Assembly: GCA_002841995.1 (NCBI GenBank)
Contig: PHBS01000001.1
Coordinates: 13,277 to 77,276 of the forward strand
Source: Chloroflexi bacterium HGW-Chloroflexi-8
Lineage (GTDB): Bacteria; Chloroflexota; Anaerolineae; Anaerolineales; Anaerolineaceae
DNA: 64,000 nucleotides
Direction of reading: 5' to 3'
The notes beneath the pieces were generated by a model that saw nothing but the letters and a program-made list of their open reading frames with translations, searched no databases and was not told the DNA's origin. How positions within the stretch are numbered: the first letter of the stretch is position 1; each line of letters begins with the position of its first letter. Positions 25,035 to 36,005 of this stretch are shown here, piece after piece. The translations under genes and the position numbers were made by a program.

Positions 25035-25844
25035 ATGAAACTAGAATTTTTTGATTTTTATAAATTAGGTCATGAAAGTCACACCATTTTTAAAAATTAT
25101 TTTGCACAAACGTTCATAAAATATTTCGGACCTTTAGGTATAAACGCAAAAATTAGAAGTGCACATGTCCTTAATAATTTTTTAGAAATGAATATTTCGA
25201 GGGAATCTAAAGTAAACACATTAGATGTTGGATGTGGGGTAGCTTATGTTGATATTTGGTTAGCCAGAAAATATCCAAATTGGAATATTATTGGAATAGA
25301 TATTGATTCTTCAGCGATTAATAAGGCGAATATTATAAAAGAGTCATATTCACTGACTAATGTGATGTTTGAACAAAAAAATATTCTCGAGTTAAATTTA
25401 TCGGATACTTTTGATATTATCTATAGTATGGATGTGTTAGAACATATCTACGATGATTTAACTGCATTAAAAAATATTCAATTAGCTTTAAAAAAAGGTG
25501 GAAAATTAATTTTACATTTACCCCTAAGATATAGTTTAAATTTTCGTCTTTTACCAGGTTTTTTGAATTTTAAAACGATTGATCATGTTCGTCCTGAATA
25601 TACCTATAAAGAAATTTGCGAGAAATTACTTAGTACTGGTTTTGTGATAGAAAAGCATTATTTTTCTTATTCAGTTTGGGGTGAGTTGGCGTTTGAGTTA
25701 AATTATTTATTTTGGAGATATCCAAAAATAAGAATGATTTTTGCTTTTTTGTCACATTTTTTTTCAAATATTCTTGGATATATCGATTTGAAAAAAGAAA
25801 ATAAATATGGAAATGGGTTAGTAATCCGCGCAATTAAAAAATAA
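25035..25844 (+). CDS. Class I SAM-dependent methyltransferase
   Basis: LDVGCGVAYVDIW (motif I), IIGIDID, IIYSMDVLEHI and KKGGKLILHLP are present. A TTG at 25017 is an alternative start. Confidence 0.8.
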   Translation: MKLEFFDFYKLGHESHTIFKNYFAQTFIKYFGPLGINAKIRSAHVLNNFLEMNISRESKVNTLDVGCGVAYVDIWLARKYPNWNIIGIDIDSSAINKANIIKESYSLTNVMFEQKNILELNLSDTFDIIYSMDVLEHIYDDLTALKNIQLALKKGGKLILHLPLRYSLNFRLLPGFLNFKTIDHVRPEYTYKEICEKLLSTGFVIEKHYFSYSVWGELAFELNYLFWRYPKIRMIFAFLSHFFSNILGYIDLKKENKYGNGLVIRAIKK

Positions 25845-25966
25845 ATTATTTTCAGAATGCTACTTTTTATATATATTTAATACCCCAAGCGTAATTAAAT
25901 CTTGATAAGATTGAATATGACTAATTAATTGTAGATTGACGACGGGGAGTAATAAGTCTTTAATTA

Positions 25967-26893
25967 TTATTTATTTGTTTTTGAATTTATTTCTTCCAAC
26001 AACTTTCGATTACTCGCAATCAGATCCGCCAGCAAACCATTCAACATTGTCTGAAACCCGACAATCAATAAAATGGCTGCCAGAATTACAGACTGAACAT
26101 GCCCGGCTCCTTGCCCTTGAACATAAAAGATAAAATATCGGATTGCTAAAAAGCTTCCGAAGCCGAGTAAAACTAAACCAATTGTAAAGAATACTCTAAT
26201 TGCCCGGTACATTGCATATGCCCGAATAATCGTAATACCGGAACGCAACAAATAATCCCACATCCCATTCATGAGACGGGATGGTCTTCTGGGTGGATTT
26301 GTACGTACTGGCACGCTTGCAACGCTGATATTCCGATTGCCGGCTTGAATGATTGTTTCGAGGGTATAAGAATAATTGGATAACACATTTGTCTTGAGTG
26401 CCGTATCTCTGGTCATTGCGCGGAAACCGCTGGTGGCATCCGGTATTTTTAATCCGGATGCTTTTGAAACCACGTAGCTCCCAAAGGTTTGCAATTTTCT
26501 TTTAAGCGGGGTAAAGCTCTCTTCATTTGCCACCCCACGATCTCCGATTACAAGTTCTGCATCACCATTTAAAATGGGCTGAATCAATTTCTCGATATCT
26601 GCTGAAAAATATTGATTATCTGCATCCGTGTTGACGATAATATCAGCTTCAAGCCGGATGCAGGCGTCCAAACCTGCTTTGAATGCACCAGCCAAGCCCT
26701 GATTTTTTTTCAAGCGCACAACATGATCCGCACCACTTTGTTTTGCTATCTCACTGGTATTATCCTCGCTTCCGTCATCGACTACCAGAATTTCAATTTG
26801 GTCGACGCCCGATATATGTTTTGGGAGGCTTTTTAGTGTTTCGGGCAGTGTCAGTGCTTCATTAAAACAAGGAATTTGAATGATGAGTTTCAT
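25967..26893 (-). CDS. GT2 polyprenyl-phosphate glycosyltransferase (DPM1/GtrB/ArnC-like)
   Basis: [24 protein letters not shown] and NTDADNQY motifs are present. Two C-terminal TM helices are typical of lipid-phosphate sugar synthases. Confidence 0.8.
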   Translation of the reverse strand: MKLIIQIPCFNEALTLPETLKSLPKHISGVDQIEILVVDDGSEDNTSEIAKQSGADHVVRLKKNQGLAGAFKAGLDACIRLEADIIVNTDADNQYFSADIEKLIQPILNGDAELVIGDRGVANEESFTPLKRKLQTFGSYVVSKASGLKIPDATSGFRAMTRDTALKTNVLSNYSYTLETIIQAGNRNISVASVPVRTNPPRRPSRLMNGMWDYLLRSGITIIRAYAMYRAIRVFFTIGLVLLGFGSFLAIRYFIFYVQGQGAGHVQSVILAAILLIVGFQTMLNGLLADLIASNRKLLEEINSKTNK

Positions 26894-27023
26894 TAATTAA
26901 TTTGTCCATTAACTTTGAAATCTTATTTGCTAGTATATCATAGCAAAAATTAATTTATTTCGGCACAGGTCTTGCAAATAAATAATCATAGAAAAGTTAT
27001 TTTTGAGAATGGTGTTTAATTAA

Positions 27024-27746
27024 ATGAAACGACTTTGGATAATTTTGCTATTTATCTTCATTTTAGGGATTGCTTGTTCGTTTATTCCTTTATCTATAAA
27101 TTTATCGATAAGGAATTTAAAAGATCACACTGAACCTGCTGTAAAAACTGTTTCTACACAAGAAACTTCTCTTCCTCCAATCGATAAAATGGTCCCTACC
27201 TCAGTCGCTTCGGGAGTACTGGAAAAAATCAATGAAATAACAAATCAGTCATCTACAATAAAATTTCCTACTCCGGAAATATCAACCATTCCATTCCCGA
27301 AAGATCCATTAAGCAAATCTAAAGGTATGGAAAATTCCAAAACTTTCAACTATCACACACAAAATCCAGCTTACCTTTCTAATTTTCTGAATCCTGAAGA
27401 ATCTTGTGAAATTGTGGAGGTAGTTGGCCAGGTTTTTGGAGAGCATGGGGAACCGCTAGATGGAATGGTTGTAATTGTAAAGGATCCTGAAACCGAATTA
27501 CCGCTTGAATTCATCGGTTATTCAGGTACCTCACAATCAATAGGTCCAGCTGGTTATGAGATTCAATTAACTCCAATTACATCGCAGGAAAAATTGTCGA
27601 TCCAATTATTCAATAAAGATGGTGAAATATTATCGGATTCATTTGAGTTTGATATTTTCCCCGATTGTGAGAAGAATTTGGTGATCATCAATTTTTATTT
27701 TAATGACAAAAATCTGCATATTTATTTCCCATTGATTAGTGATTAA
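27024..27746 (+). CDS. Hypothetical secreted or anchored protein with a CarboxypepD_reg-like beta-sandwich
   Basis: Signal anchor MKRLWIILLFIFILGIACSF is present. VVGQVFGEHGEPLDGMVVIVKD resembles the G-x-V-x-D-x-x-G-x-P-L-x-G motif. Confidence 0.5.
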   Translation: MKRLWIILLFIFILGIACSFIPLSINLSIRNLKDHTEPAVKTVSTQETSLPPIDKMVPTSVASGVLEKINEITNQSSTIKFPTPEISTIPFPKDPLSKSKGMENSKTFNYHTQNPAYLSNFLNPEESCEIVEVVGQVFGEHGEPLDGMVVIVKDPETELPLEFIGYSGTSQSIGPAGYEIQLTPITSQEKLSIQLFNKDGEILSDSFEFDIFPDCEKNLVIINFYFNDKNLHIYFPLISD

Positions 27747-27763
27747 TCCTCATTTATACGGGA

Positions 27764-27804
27764 GAAAATAGGGAGTTTGTGGGCTCCCTATTTTCATTAT
27801 TTTT
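27764..27804 (+). terminator. Intrinsic terminator
   Basis: 12-bp perfect stem gaaaatagggag / ctccctattttc with an 8-nt loop, followed by ATTATTTTT. Confidence 0.65.
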
Positions 27805-27901
27805 GGCTTCTGCAATGTATTAAGAGCATTATGTAATTATTATTTAGCGATGTTAATCATTAAGAATAATTTGTTGTTTGTGAATCCGAATCAGTGAATC
27901 C

Positions 27902-27930
27902 TTGACCTGATGTCCGTACGGGTTTATAAT
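27902..27930 (+). promoter_or_regulatory. Near-consensus sigma70-type promoter (TTGACC-17 nt-TATAAT) for the regulator and super-operon
   Basis: Hexamers at 27902-27907 and 27925-27930 with an exact 17-nt spacer, 21 nt upstream of the ATG at 27952. Confidence 0.55.
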
Positions 27931-27944
27931 TCAGCAACTGAATT
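27928..27944. promoter_or_regulatory. 17-bp perfect palindrome AATTCAG-CAA-CTGAATT overlapping the -10 and TSS (candidate operator)
   Basis: Direct reading. The position suggests autoregulation by the adjacent wHTH regulator. Confidence 0.35.
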
Positions 27945-27951
27945 TTGAATT

Positions 27952-29389
<1,438 letters not shown>

Positions 29390-29409
29390 ATCACAAAAGA
29401 TTGCGATCT

Positions 29410-30261
29410 ATGGAGATAGAACAAACACATGTCCCAGTTACATATCTGAAGCCGCCCAAAGGTTTGGCTTCATTAAATTTGCGTGATTTATGGGAATATC
29501 GCGAATTAATCTATTTCCTTACCTGGCGCGATGTAAAAGTTCGTTATAAACAGACCTTACTTGGTTTTACCTGGGTTGTATTACAACCTTTAATAAATAT
29601 GGTTGTATTTACGATACTTTTTGGAGAATTATTAAAAGTTCCCACGGGCGGAATTCCATATCCAATATTTTCTTTTGCCGCATTACTTCCCTGGACATAT
29701 TTTGCTACATCGCTAACCCGCTCTTCTACCACCCTGGTGGGTAGTGCAAATTTAATCAGCAAAGTCTATTTCCCACGAATGGTTATACCCATTTCAGGTG
29801 TCATCTCTGGCTTTATTGATTTTGGAATCTCTTTTGTCATTTTAATTGTTATGATGCTGATCTATAAAATAATTCCTTCCTGGAATTTATTACTATTACC
29901 AATTTTATTGCTTTTGGCAATGTTGACAGCCCTTGGTTTTGGATTGTGGCTTTCGGCATTAAATGTACGATTTCGGGATATCAACCATTTAGTCCCATTT
30001 ATTATCGAAATCTGGAAGTATGCAACGCCTGTAATCTATGGAAGCACATTAATTCCGGAGAAATACCGATTTATTTTGGGGCTTAATCCTCTAACAGGGG
30101 TTGTGGAAGGATTTCGTTGGGCGATTCTGGGTGGCAAATATGTTGACACTTTTAACCCGGGACCTTTATTTGTAATATCGATTGCGATTACCTTTGTTGT
30201 CCTAATATCGGGAATCATCTTCTTTAGAAATACTGAAAGAACTTTTGCGGATATCATATAA
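29410..30261 (+). CDS. wzm: ABC-2 type polysaccharide export permease
   Basis: YRELIYFLTWRDVKVRYKQTLLGFTWVVLQPL is the ABC-2 signature N-terminus. Six TM helices are present. A TTG at 29401 is an alternative start. Confidence 0.9.
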   Translation: MEIEQTHVPVTYLKPPKGLASLNLRDLWEYRELIYFLTWRDVKVRYKQTLLGFTWVVLQPLINMVVFTILFGELLKVPTGGIPYPIFSFAALLPWTYFATSLTRSSTTLVGSANLISKVYFPRMVIPISGVISGFIDFGISFVILIVMMLIYKIIPSWNLLLLPILLLLAMLTALGFGLWLSALNVRFRDINHLVPFIIEIWKYATPVIYGSTLIPEKYRFILGLNPLTGVVEGFRWAILGGKYVDTFNPGPLFVISIAITFVVLISGIIFFRNTERTFADII

Positions 30262-30262
30262 C

Positions 30263-31522
30263 ATGTCTGAAATAGCCATACACGTAAGAAACATCACGAA
30301 AAAGTATCAAATTGGCGCATTGCAAGAGCGCCAGGATACGCTGCGTGATTTACTCGTTGCATCATTTAGAGCACCATTCAAAAAAAGGGAAAAATCCGAT
30401 AATCAAACATTGTGGGCGCTTCGCGATATCAGTTTTGATATTGAAAAAGGCTCTGTTGTGGGTATTGTTGGAAGAAATGGTGCAGGGAAAAGCACATTGT
30501 TAAAAGTTTTATCCCGTGTGACAGAACCAACCAGTGGGTATGGGGAAATTCGTGGACGTGTTGGATCTTTATTGGAAGTGGGAACAGGTTTTCATCCTGA
30601 ATTAACGGGCAGAGAAAACATTTATCTCAATGGCGCAATTTTAGGAATGAAACGGATTGAGATTGAAAAGAAATTTGACGAAATCGTTGAATTTTCTGAG
30701 GTCTCAAAATTTATTGACACACCCGTGAAAAGGTATTCCAGTGGAATGTATTTACGTCTGGCATTTTCCGTTGCAGCGCATCTTGAACCGGATATCCTTG
30801 TGGTTGATGAAGTGCTAGCAGTTGGTGACGCAGAGTTTCAACGTAAATGTCTGGGAAAAATGAGTGATGTAGCAGATCAGGGTCGCACTGTTCTTTTTGT
30901 CTCCCATAATATGTCAGCAATTCTTCGTCTTACTTCTGAGACTTTGGTGTTAGAAAAAGGGCAAATTGTTAAACGTGCTCCCTCTACAGAGGCAGTTGAT
31001 TTTTACCTCTCATCTGGATATGCGGAATCCGGAGAAAGATATTGGGATGAGGACGAAATTCCTGTTTCCTCTGCACCATTTAAACCAATTGCTTTAAGAG
31101 TGAAAAACGAACAGGGTTTGGTTGTGAACTCGATTCGTTCGGTCGAAAACATGACAATTGAGTTTGAATACAATTTATCTGCACCTATAAGTGGTTTGCG
31201 AGTAGGTCTCTACGTTCTGAGTACACGCGGCGAATTTATTTTCACAACTTTTGATACAGATGAGCCATCAATGTACGAAAACTATACCGTTAGAAATTCT
31301 GGACATTATTTCAGCCGGTGTACCATTCCTGCTAATACTTTTAACGAGGGAAGATTTGTGATTGGTGTCAACGCCAGTACATACCGGATAAAAAGATATT
31401 TTCAGGATGAACAGGCAATGACCTTTACGATTGACCCGGCTGGGGCACCAGGTATGCAATGGCCTGAACAAAGACAAGGACCCATTCGTCCACGCTTATT
31501 TTGGCAAATTGAGGGATTATGA
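30263..31522 (+). CDS. wzt: Polysaccharide ABC transporter ATP-binding protein with a C-terminal Wzt_C-like carbohydrate-binding extension
   Basis: Walker A GRNGAGKST, signature YSSGMYLRLAF and Walker B ILVVDE are present. An additional beta-rich C-terminal domain of about 170 aa follows. Confidence 0.9.
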   Translation: MSEIAIHVRNITKKYQIGALQERQDTLRDLLVASFRAPFKKREKSDNQTLWALRDISFDIEKGSVVGIVGRNGAGKSTLLKVLSRVTEPTSGYGEIRGRVGSLLEVGTGFHPELTGRENIYLNGAILGMKRIEIEKKFDEIVEFSEVSKFIDTPVKRYSSGMYLRLAFSVAAHLEPDILVVDEVLAVGDAEFQRKCLGKMSDVADQGRTVLFVSHNMSAILRLTSETLVLEKGQIVKRAPSTEAVDFYLSSGYAESGERYWDEDEIPVSSAPFKPIALRVKNEQGLVVNSIRSVENMTIEFEYNLSAPISGLRVGLYVLSTRGEFIFTTFDTDEPSMYENYTVRNSGHYFSRCTIPANTFNEGRFVIGVNASTYRIKRYFQDEQAMTFTIDPAGAPGMQWPEQRQGPIRPRLFWQIEGL

Positions 31523-33129
31523 CAATTGTAGGCAAAGAAGCAATCAAAAAGATTTTAGGAAATGTTCCATACACAGCAGAGTTATATTGGTTATTTCGCC
31601 AAAATGGGAAGCCAATCAGCCGTTTTTCTTTACACCAGCTGGAAAAAAACTTACCCAATATCATTGAGCAGGTAAAAACGCTTCGGGAAACTGCTCAACC
31701 CGGAAAAAAAGTATTCATTTTTGCGACGCTTCATTATTGGATTGAGCATGCCACATTGTTAGGCTTAGCATTAGCGAGTCAAGGGCATGATGTTACATTA
31801 GCTTACTTGCCCTTTAGTGAGTGGCGTTCACCCATAAACCGGTTTGATTTACGACGACAGAATATATATGCCAAAAGATTATTAACAAAAACAGAACCAT
31901 TCCTCAAGGCAGTTTCTTTCCTGAGTAAACGCAAACCTTATGTGGCTTTAAATTCGGAATTGGAAGAAATGGTTCGCCAAATTAGTGTTTTTGATTCCCA
32001 ATACACAGAGCAAATTGAAGAAATTGATATAAACAGTGACCTTTACAAATTGCGATATAGAAGAAATCGAGATGCTGCACAGACAATTTTAGGATGGCTA
32101 AAAGCAGATCGCCCTGATGTAGTCATTGTTCCAAATGGCACCATCATGGAGTTAGGGGTTTGCTACAACGTTTCCCGTTCGCTAAAAATTCCTACTACAA
32201 CCTATGAATTCAGCGATCAAAGAAATCGTTTTTGGATTGCCCAAAATGCAGAAGTGATGCGTCAAAACACACATGGCTTATGGGAAGCGCGTAAAGAAGT
32301 TGTACTTAATAACGATCAAATGGACAGAGTAAAATCCTTGATGGCGGCACGCCATAGCGCGAGTTTATGGGAAAATTTTTCTCGAATGTGGCAAGGAACT
32401 CCAACAGAAGGTGGCGAAAAAATTCGCCAATCTCTGGGGTTGGATAATCGCCCCATCGTACTTCTAGCAACAAATGTTTTGGGTGATAGTCTTACTTTAG
32501 GACGTCAGGTATTTACCAAGAGTATGGCAGAATGGATTGAACGAACAGTTCAATATTTTGTTCCACGTAATGACACACAACTGGTAATTCGTGTTCATCC
32601 AGGCGAGATCCTGACGCGTGGTGTTTCAATTGTCGATATTATTCACAATCTCATGCCAGAACTGCCTGAACATATTCATCTTATCAAACCTAAAGAAAAG
32701 GTGAATACTTATGATTTAATGGAAATTGCGGACCTGGGGTTAGTATATACAACAACTGTTGGACTCGAGATGGCGATGAGTGGAATCCCGGTGATTGTGG
32801 TTGGAAATACACATTATAGAAATTTGGGATTTACACTTGACCCGGACTCTTATGTAAGTTATTACAAATTATTAGGTTCTATGTTGGAAGATCCTACCCA
32901 ATACCGGATGTCAAAAGAGAAGATTGATTTGGCATGGAAATATGCTTACCACTTTTTCTTTGATTTTCCTCGACCTTTTCCATGGCATCTTGTACACATG
33001 TGGGAAGACTATCGTGAAAAAGACTTAATGCATGTTTTCACCAATGAAGGTATTGAAGAATACGGAGATAGTTTCAAATACCTGGTAGGAGAAAAATTGG
33101 ATTGGAATAAAATCCATTTTGATCCATAA
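31519..33129 (+). CDS. KpsS/KpsC-like (Capsule_synth family) GT-B protein, copy 1; candidate CMP-ulosonic-acid transferase
   Basis: Blocks IVLLATNVLGDSLTLG, LVIRVHPGE and LVYTTTVGLEMAMSGIPVIVVGNTHY resemble the Q-V-x-x-D-S / K-x-H-P / S-T-V-G-L-E-A blocks of the capsule-synthesis family. There is an ATGA overlap with wzt. Confidence 0.55.
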   Translation: MTIVGKEAIKKILGNVPYTAELYWLFRQNGKPISRFSLHQLEKNLPNIIEQVKTLRETAQPGKKVFIFATLHYWIEHATLLGLALASQGHDVTLAYLPFSEWRSPINRFDLRRQNIYAKRLLTKTEPFLKAVSFLSKRKPYVALNSELEEMVRQISVFDSQYTEQIEEIDINSDLYKLRYRRNRDAAQTILGWLKADRPDVVIVPNGTIMELGVCYNVSRSLKIPTTTYEFSDQRNRFWIAQNAEVMRQNTHGLWEARKEVVLNNDQMDRVKSLMAARHSASLWENFSRMWQGTPTEGGEKIRQSLGLDNRPIVLLATNVLGDSLTLGRQVFTKSMAEWIERTVQYFVPRNDTQLVIRVHPGEILTRGVSIVDIIHNLMPELPEHIHLIKPKEKVNTYDLMEIADLGLVYTTTVGLEMAMSGIPVIVVGNTHYRNLGFTLDPDSYVSYYKLLGSMLEDPTQYRMSKEKIDLAWKYAYHFFFDFPRPFPWHLVHMWEDYREKDLMHVFTNEGIEEYGDSFKYLVGEKLDWNKIHFDP

Positions 33130-33138
33130 AGGCAAAGA

Positions 33139-34008
33139 ATGAGCGATTTTGAAATAAAACAACAAGTCAGAAATTTTTATGATCAAGTCGGTTGGCAAAT
33201 TGTATCCGATGGGTTTTACCAAAATGCCCGGTATGAGGATTTACGATCTGTTTCAAAAGACTATATATGGAAATGCCATATGAGAATCAACAGGCATCTA
33301 TCACGACCAGGCAAATATCTTCTGGATGCTGGCTGTGGTCCTATTCAATACCCGGCTTACCTTACTTACTCAGACGGATTTCAATTTCGAGTTTGTTTGG
33401 ATATTTCAATTGTGGCATTAAAAGAAGCCAGAAAACGAATTGGTGAAAAAGGGTTATTTGTTGTTGCAGATGTCGCTCATTTGCCTTTTTGTTCCAATGT
33501 AATGGATGGGATTGTTTCATTACACACTTTACATCATTTACCGTTATCCGATCAAAAAACCGCATATCAGGATTTATATCGCGTTCTTGCTCTTGGAAAG
33601 AGTGCTGCTGTTGTAAATGGTTGGACTGAATCGAAATTAATGAATCAATGGCAATGGTTGGTTCGGTTAATGGAAGGAGTAGGTGGTTTTGTTGCAAAAA
33701 TCCGCGGGAAAAAACCAGCTGAGATTACATTAATCAATAATAAAAAAACCGACGAGAAACGAAAACCTACTGGAACTTTTGTTGAAAAATTAGACGCAAA
33801 TTGGTTGAGACAAGAATTGCATGTACAAGATCTTCAGATTCTTGTCTGGAGAAGTGTGAGTGTAAGGTTTTTACGGGCTGTCATCCATTCAATTTCTGGT
33901 GGAAAATTATGGTTAAGCATTTTATACAAGTTGGAAGAAAAATATCCTAAGTATTTCGGGGAACGTGGTCAATATCCATTGATTGTTTTTAGAAAATCGA
34001 TTTCGTGA
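33139..34008 (+). CDS. Class I SAM-dependent methyltransferase
   Basis: LLDAGCGPIQY (motif I), VADVAHLPF and IVSLHTLHHL are present. Confidence 0.8.
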   Translation: MSDFEIKQQVRNFYDQVGWQIVSDGFYQNARYEDLRSVSKDYIWKCHMRINRHLSRPGKYLLDAGCGPIQYPAYLTYSDGFQFRVCLDISIVALKEARKRIGEKGLFVVADVAHLPFCSNVMDGIVSLHTLHHLPLSDQKTAYQDLYRVLALGKSAAVVNGWTESKLMNQWQWLVRLMEGVGGFVAKIRGKKPAEITLINNKKTDEKRKPTGTFVEKLDANWLRQELHVQDLQILVWRSVSVRFLRAVIHSISGGKLWLSILYKLEEKYPKYFGERGQYPLIVFRKSIS

Positions 34009-34034
34009 ATTTGTTTAATGATTTGGAGAGTAAG

Positions 34035-35039
34035 ATGGACTGGTCAAATAAAGTTGTTTTGGTGACAGGTGGAACAGGTTCCTTTGGTAAAAAGATGGTC
34101 AGAATATTGTTGGATGAGTATAGACCAGCAAAAGTGATTGTATACAGTCGTGATGAGCTTAAACAACATGAAATGCGTTCTGCAGGATTTGACGCTACAA
34201 ATTTGAGATATTTCATTGGTGATGTTCGAGATCTGGATAGACTACGTCGCGCATTTGAAGGTGTGGATATCGTTGTACACGCAGCCGCATTGAAGCAGGT
34301 TCCAGCCTGTGAATATAATCCAATGGAAGCTATAAAAACCAATATCCTTGGTAGCGGCAATGTAATTGATGCTGCTTTGGATGCAGGTGTTGAAAAGGTA
34401 ATTGCCCTTAGCACCGATAAGGCTGTAAATCCTGTAAATTTATACGGGGCAACAAAACTGGCTGCGGAAAAGTTGTTTGTACAGAGTAATTCGTATGCTG
34501 GAGGACGAAAAACTAGGTTTTCCTGTGTTCGTTACGGTAACGTTGTGGGTAGCCGTGGAAGTGTTGTTCCAGTCTTTTTACGACAAAGAGACGCAGGTGA
34601 AGTCACGGTTACGGATGAAAGAATGACAAGATTTTGGATTTCCCTTGAACAAGGAGTGCGTTTCGTTATTCGCTGTATCGAACAGATGAGTGGCGGTGAG
34701 GTTTTCGTACCAAAGATTCCAAGTATGACTATTCTTGATTTAGCGAAAACCATAGCACCCGATGCAAAAGTCAATGTAGTCGGGATTCGTCCTGGTGAAA
34801 AATTGCATGAAGTACTTATCTCTGAGGATGAAGCACGAACTACTGTAGAGTTGCAGGATATGTTTGTTGTCCAACCAGCTGAAGCATTATGGTTTGGAAG
34901 AGATTGGGAAAATAAAGGCAAACTGATCGTCGAAGAATTTAGATTTGCCAGTAATACGAATGACCAATGGTTAACTGTCGAACAAATAAAGAAAATAATT
35001 GCACCCATAGAAGCCGAATATAATTCCGGGAAACTATAA
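34035..35039 (+). CDS. pseB: UDP-N-acetylglucosamine 4,6-dehydratase, PseB/FlaA1 type
   Basis: Collinear with H. pylori PseB: VLVTGGTGSFGK, VIVYSRDELKQHEM, RYFIGDVRDLDRL, VHAAALKQVPACEYNPMEAIKTNILGS, LYGATKLAAEKLF, VRYGNVVGSRGSVVP and MTRFWI. A GTG at 34005 (overlapping the upstream stop) is an alternative start. Confidence 0.85.
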   Translation: MDWSNKVVLVTGGTGSFGKKMVRILLDEYRPAKVIVYSRDELKQHEMRSAGFDATNLRYFIGDVRDLDRLRRAFEGVDIVVHAAALKQVPACEYNPMEAIKTNILGSGNVIDAALDAGVEKVIALSTDKAVNPVNLYGATKLAAEKLFVQSNSYAGGRKTRFSCVRYGNVVGSRGSVVPVFLRQRDAGEVTVTDERMTRFWISLEQGVRFVIRCIEQMSGGEVFVPKIPSMTILDLAKTIAPDAKVNVVGIRPGEKLHEVLISEDEARTTVELQDMFVVQPAEALWFGRDWENKGKLIVEEFRFASNTNDQWLTVEQIKKIIAPIEAEYNSGKL

Positions 35040-35959
35040 TGTCTCGATTTTTGGTCACTGGAGCGAGTGGACTTTTGGGATTGAATTTATGTATGCAGAT
35101 TTCTTCAAAATCAGAAGTTTTCGGCATCGTCAATGAAGTCTCCCTCGAGAACACACCATTCCGGGTAATCAAAAAAAATCTTTTGGATTTGAACGAAATC
35201 AAATTTCTTATCGATTCTATAAATCCAGATACCATTGTTCATTGCGCAGCAATGGCTAATATTGACAAATGTGAATCTCAACCAGGCTTAGCCTATCGGA
35301 TTAATGCTGAATTACCAGGCGAAATTGCACGGTTGTCTCAAAAACTTGGTATAAAACTGGTGCATATTTCCACTGATGCAGTTTTTGATGGGGTCAAAGG
35401 AAATTATTCTGAAACCGATGTCCCAAATCCGTTGGGAGTGTATGCGAAAACAAAATTAGCTGGGGAAAATCTGGTGAAAGATAATAATCTGGATGCCATA
35501 ATTGCAAGGGTAAATTTCTATGGTTACAGTGTTACCGGACAAAGAAGTCTATCGGAATTTTTTCTGAATAATTTACTTAACAAGAAACCTATGATGGGTT
35601 TCACGGATGTTTATTTTTGTCCCCTTTTCGTTAATGACTTAGTCGATGTTCTGTTGGAAATGGTTTCCGTTGACCTTAAAGGGATTTTTCATACATTGAG
35701 CAGCGAGTCACTTTCAAAATATGATTTTGGCTGTCGGATTGCAAAATGTTTTAATCTTGATCAGAATTTAATCAAACCTGTATCTGTCAATGACAGTAAT
35801 TTACAAGCCACCCGATCTTTGAACTTGACTCTCCAAACACAAAAATTGAGTTCAATGCTAAACAGAAAGTTACCAGATCAACAAACAGGTATTAATCATT
35901 TGTTTTCACTTTATAAAGATGGTTATCCGGAAACTATAAAAGCGTTAGGAAATCATTAG
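35039..35959 (+). CDS. RmlD-like NAD(P)-dependent sugar reductase/epimerase (SDR, RmlD substrate-binding family)
   Basis: FLVTGASGLLG, VHCAAMANIDKCE, HISTDAVFDG and YAKTKLAGE are present. Confidence 0.75.
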   Translation: MSRFLVTGASGLLGLNLCMQISSKSEVFGIVNEVSLENTPFRVIKKNLLDLNEIKFLIDSINPDTIVHCAAMANIDKCESQPGLAYRINAELPGEIARLSQKLGIKLVHISTDAVFDGVKGNYSETDVPNPLGVYAKTKLAGENLVKDNNLDAIIARVNFYGYSVTGQRSLSEFFLNNLLNKKPMMGFTDVYFCPLFVNDLVDVLLEMVSVDLKGIFHTLSSESLSKYDFGCRIAKCFNLDQNLIKPVSVNDSNLQATRSLNLTLQTQKLSSMLNRKLPDQQTGINHLFSLYKDGYPETIKALGNH

Positions 35960-36005
35960 ATTGGTTAAAGATTTGAATTGCAGAGAATTTTCGAAAGGAT
36001 TTGAT

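Noticed and set aside
1808-25844. A classical genomic island or transposon explaining the compositional mosaic.
   Set aside because: I recognised no integrase, transposase, recombinase, tRNA attachment site or long terminal repeats. The compositional shifts are reported only as observations.
33989-35008. Antisense ORFs of 141 and 158 aa opposite the methyltransferase/pseB genes. Comparable antisense ORFs lie at 43446-43775, 49985-50386 and 58562-59068.
   Set aside because: The sense strand encodes strongly recognisable enzymes. The antisense translations have no motifs and a biased composition.
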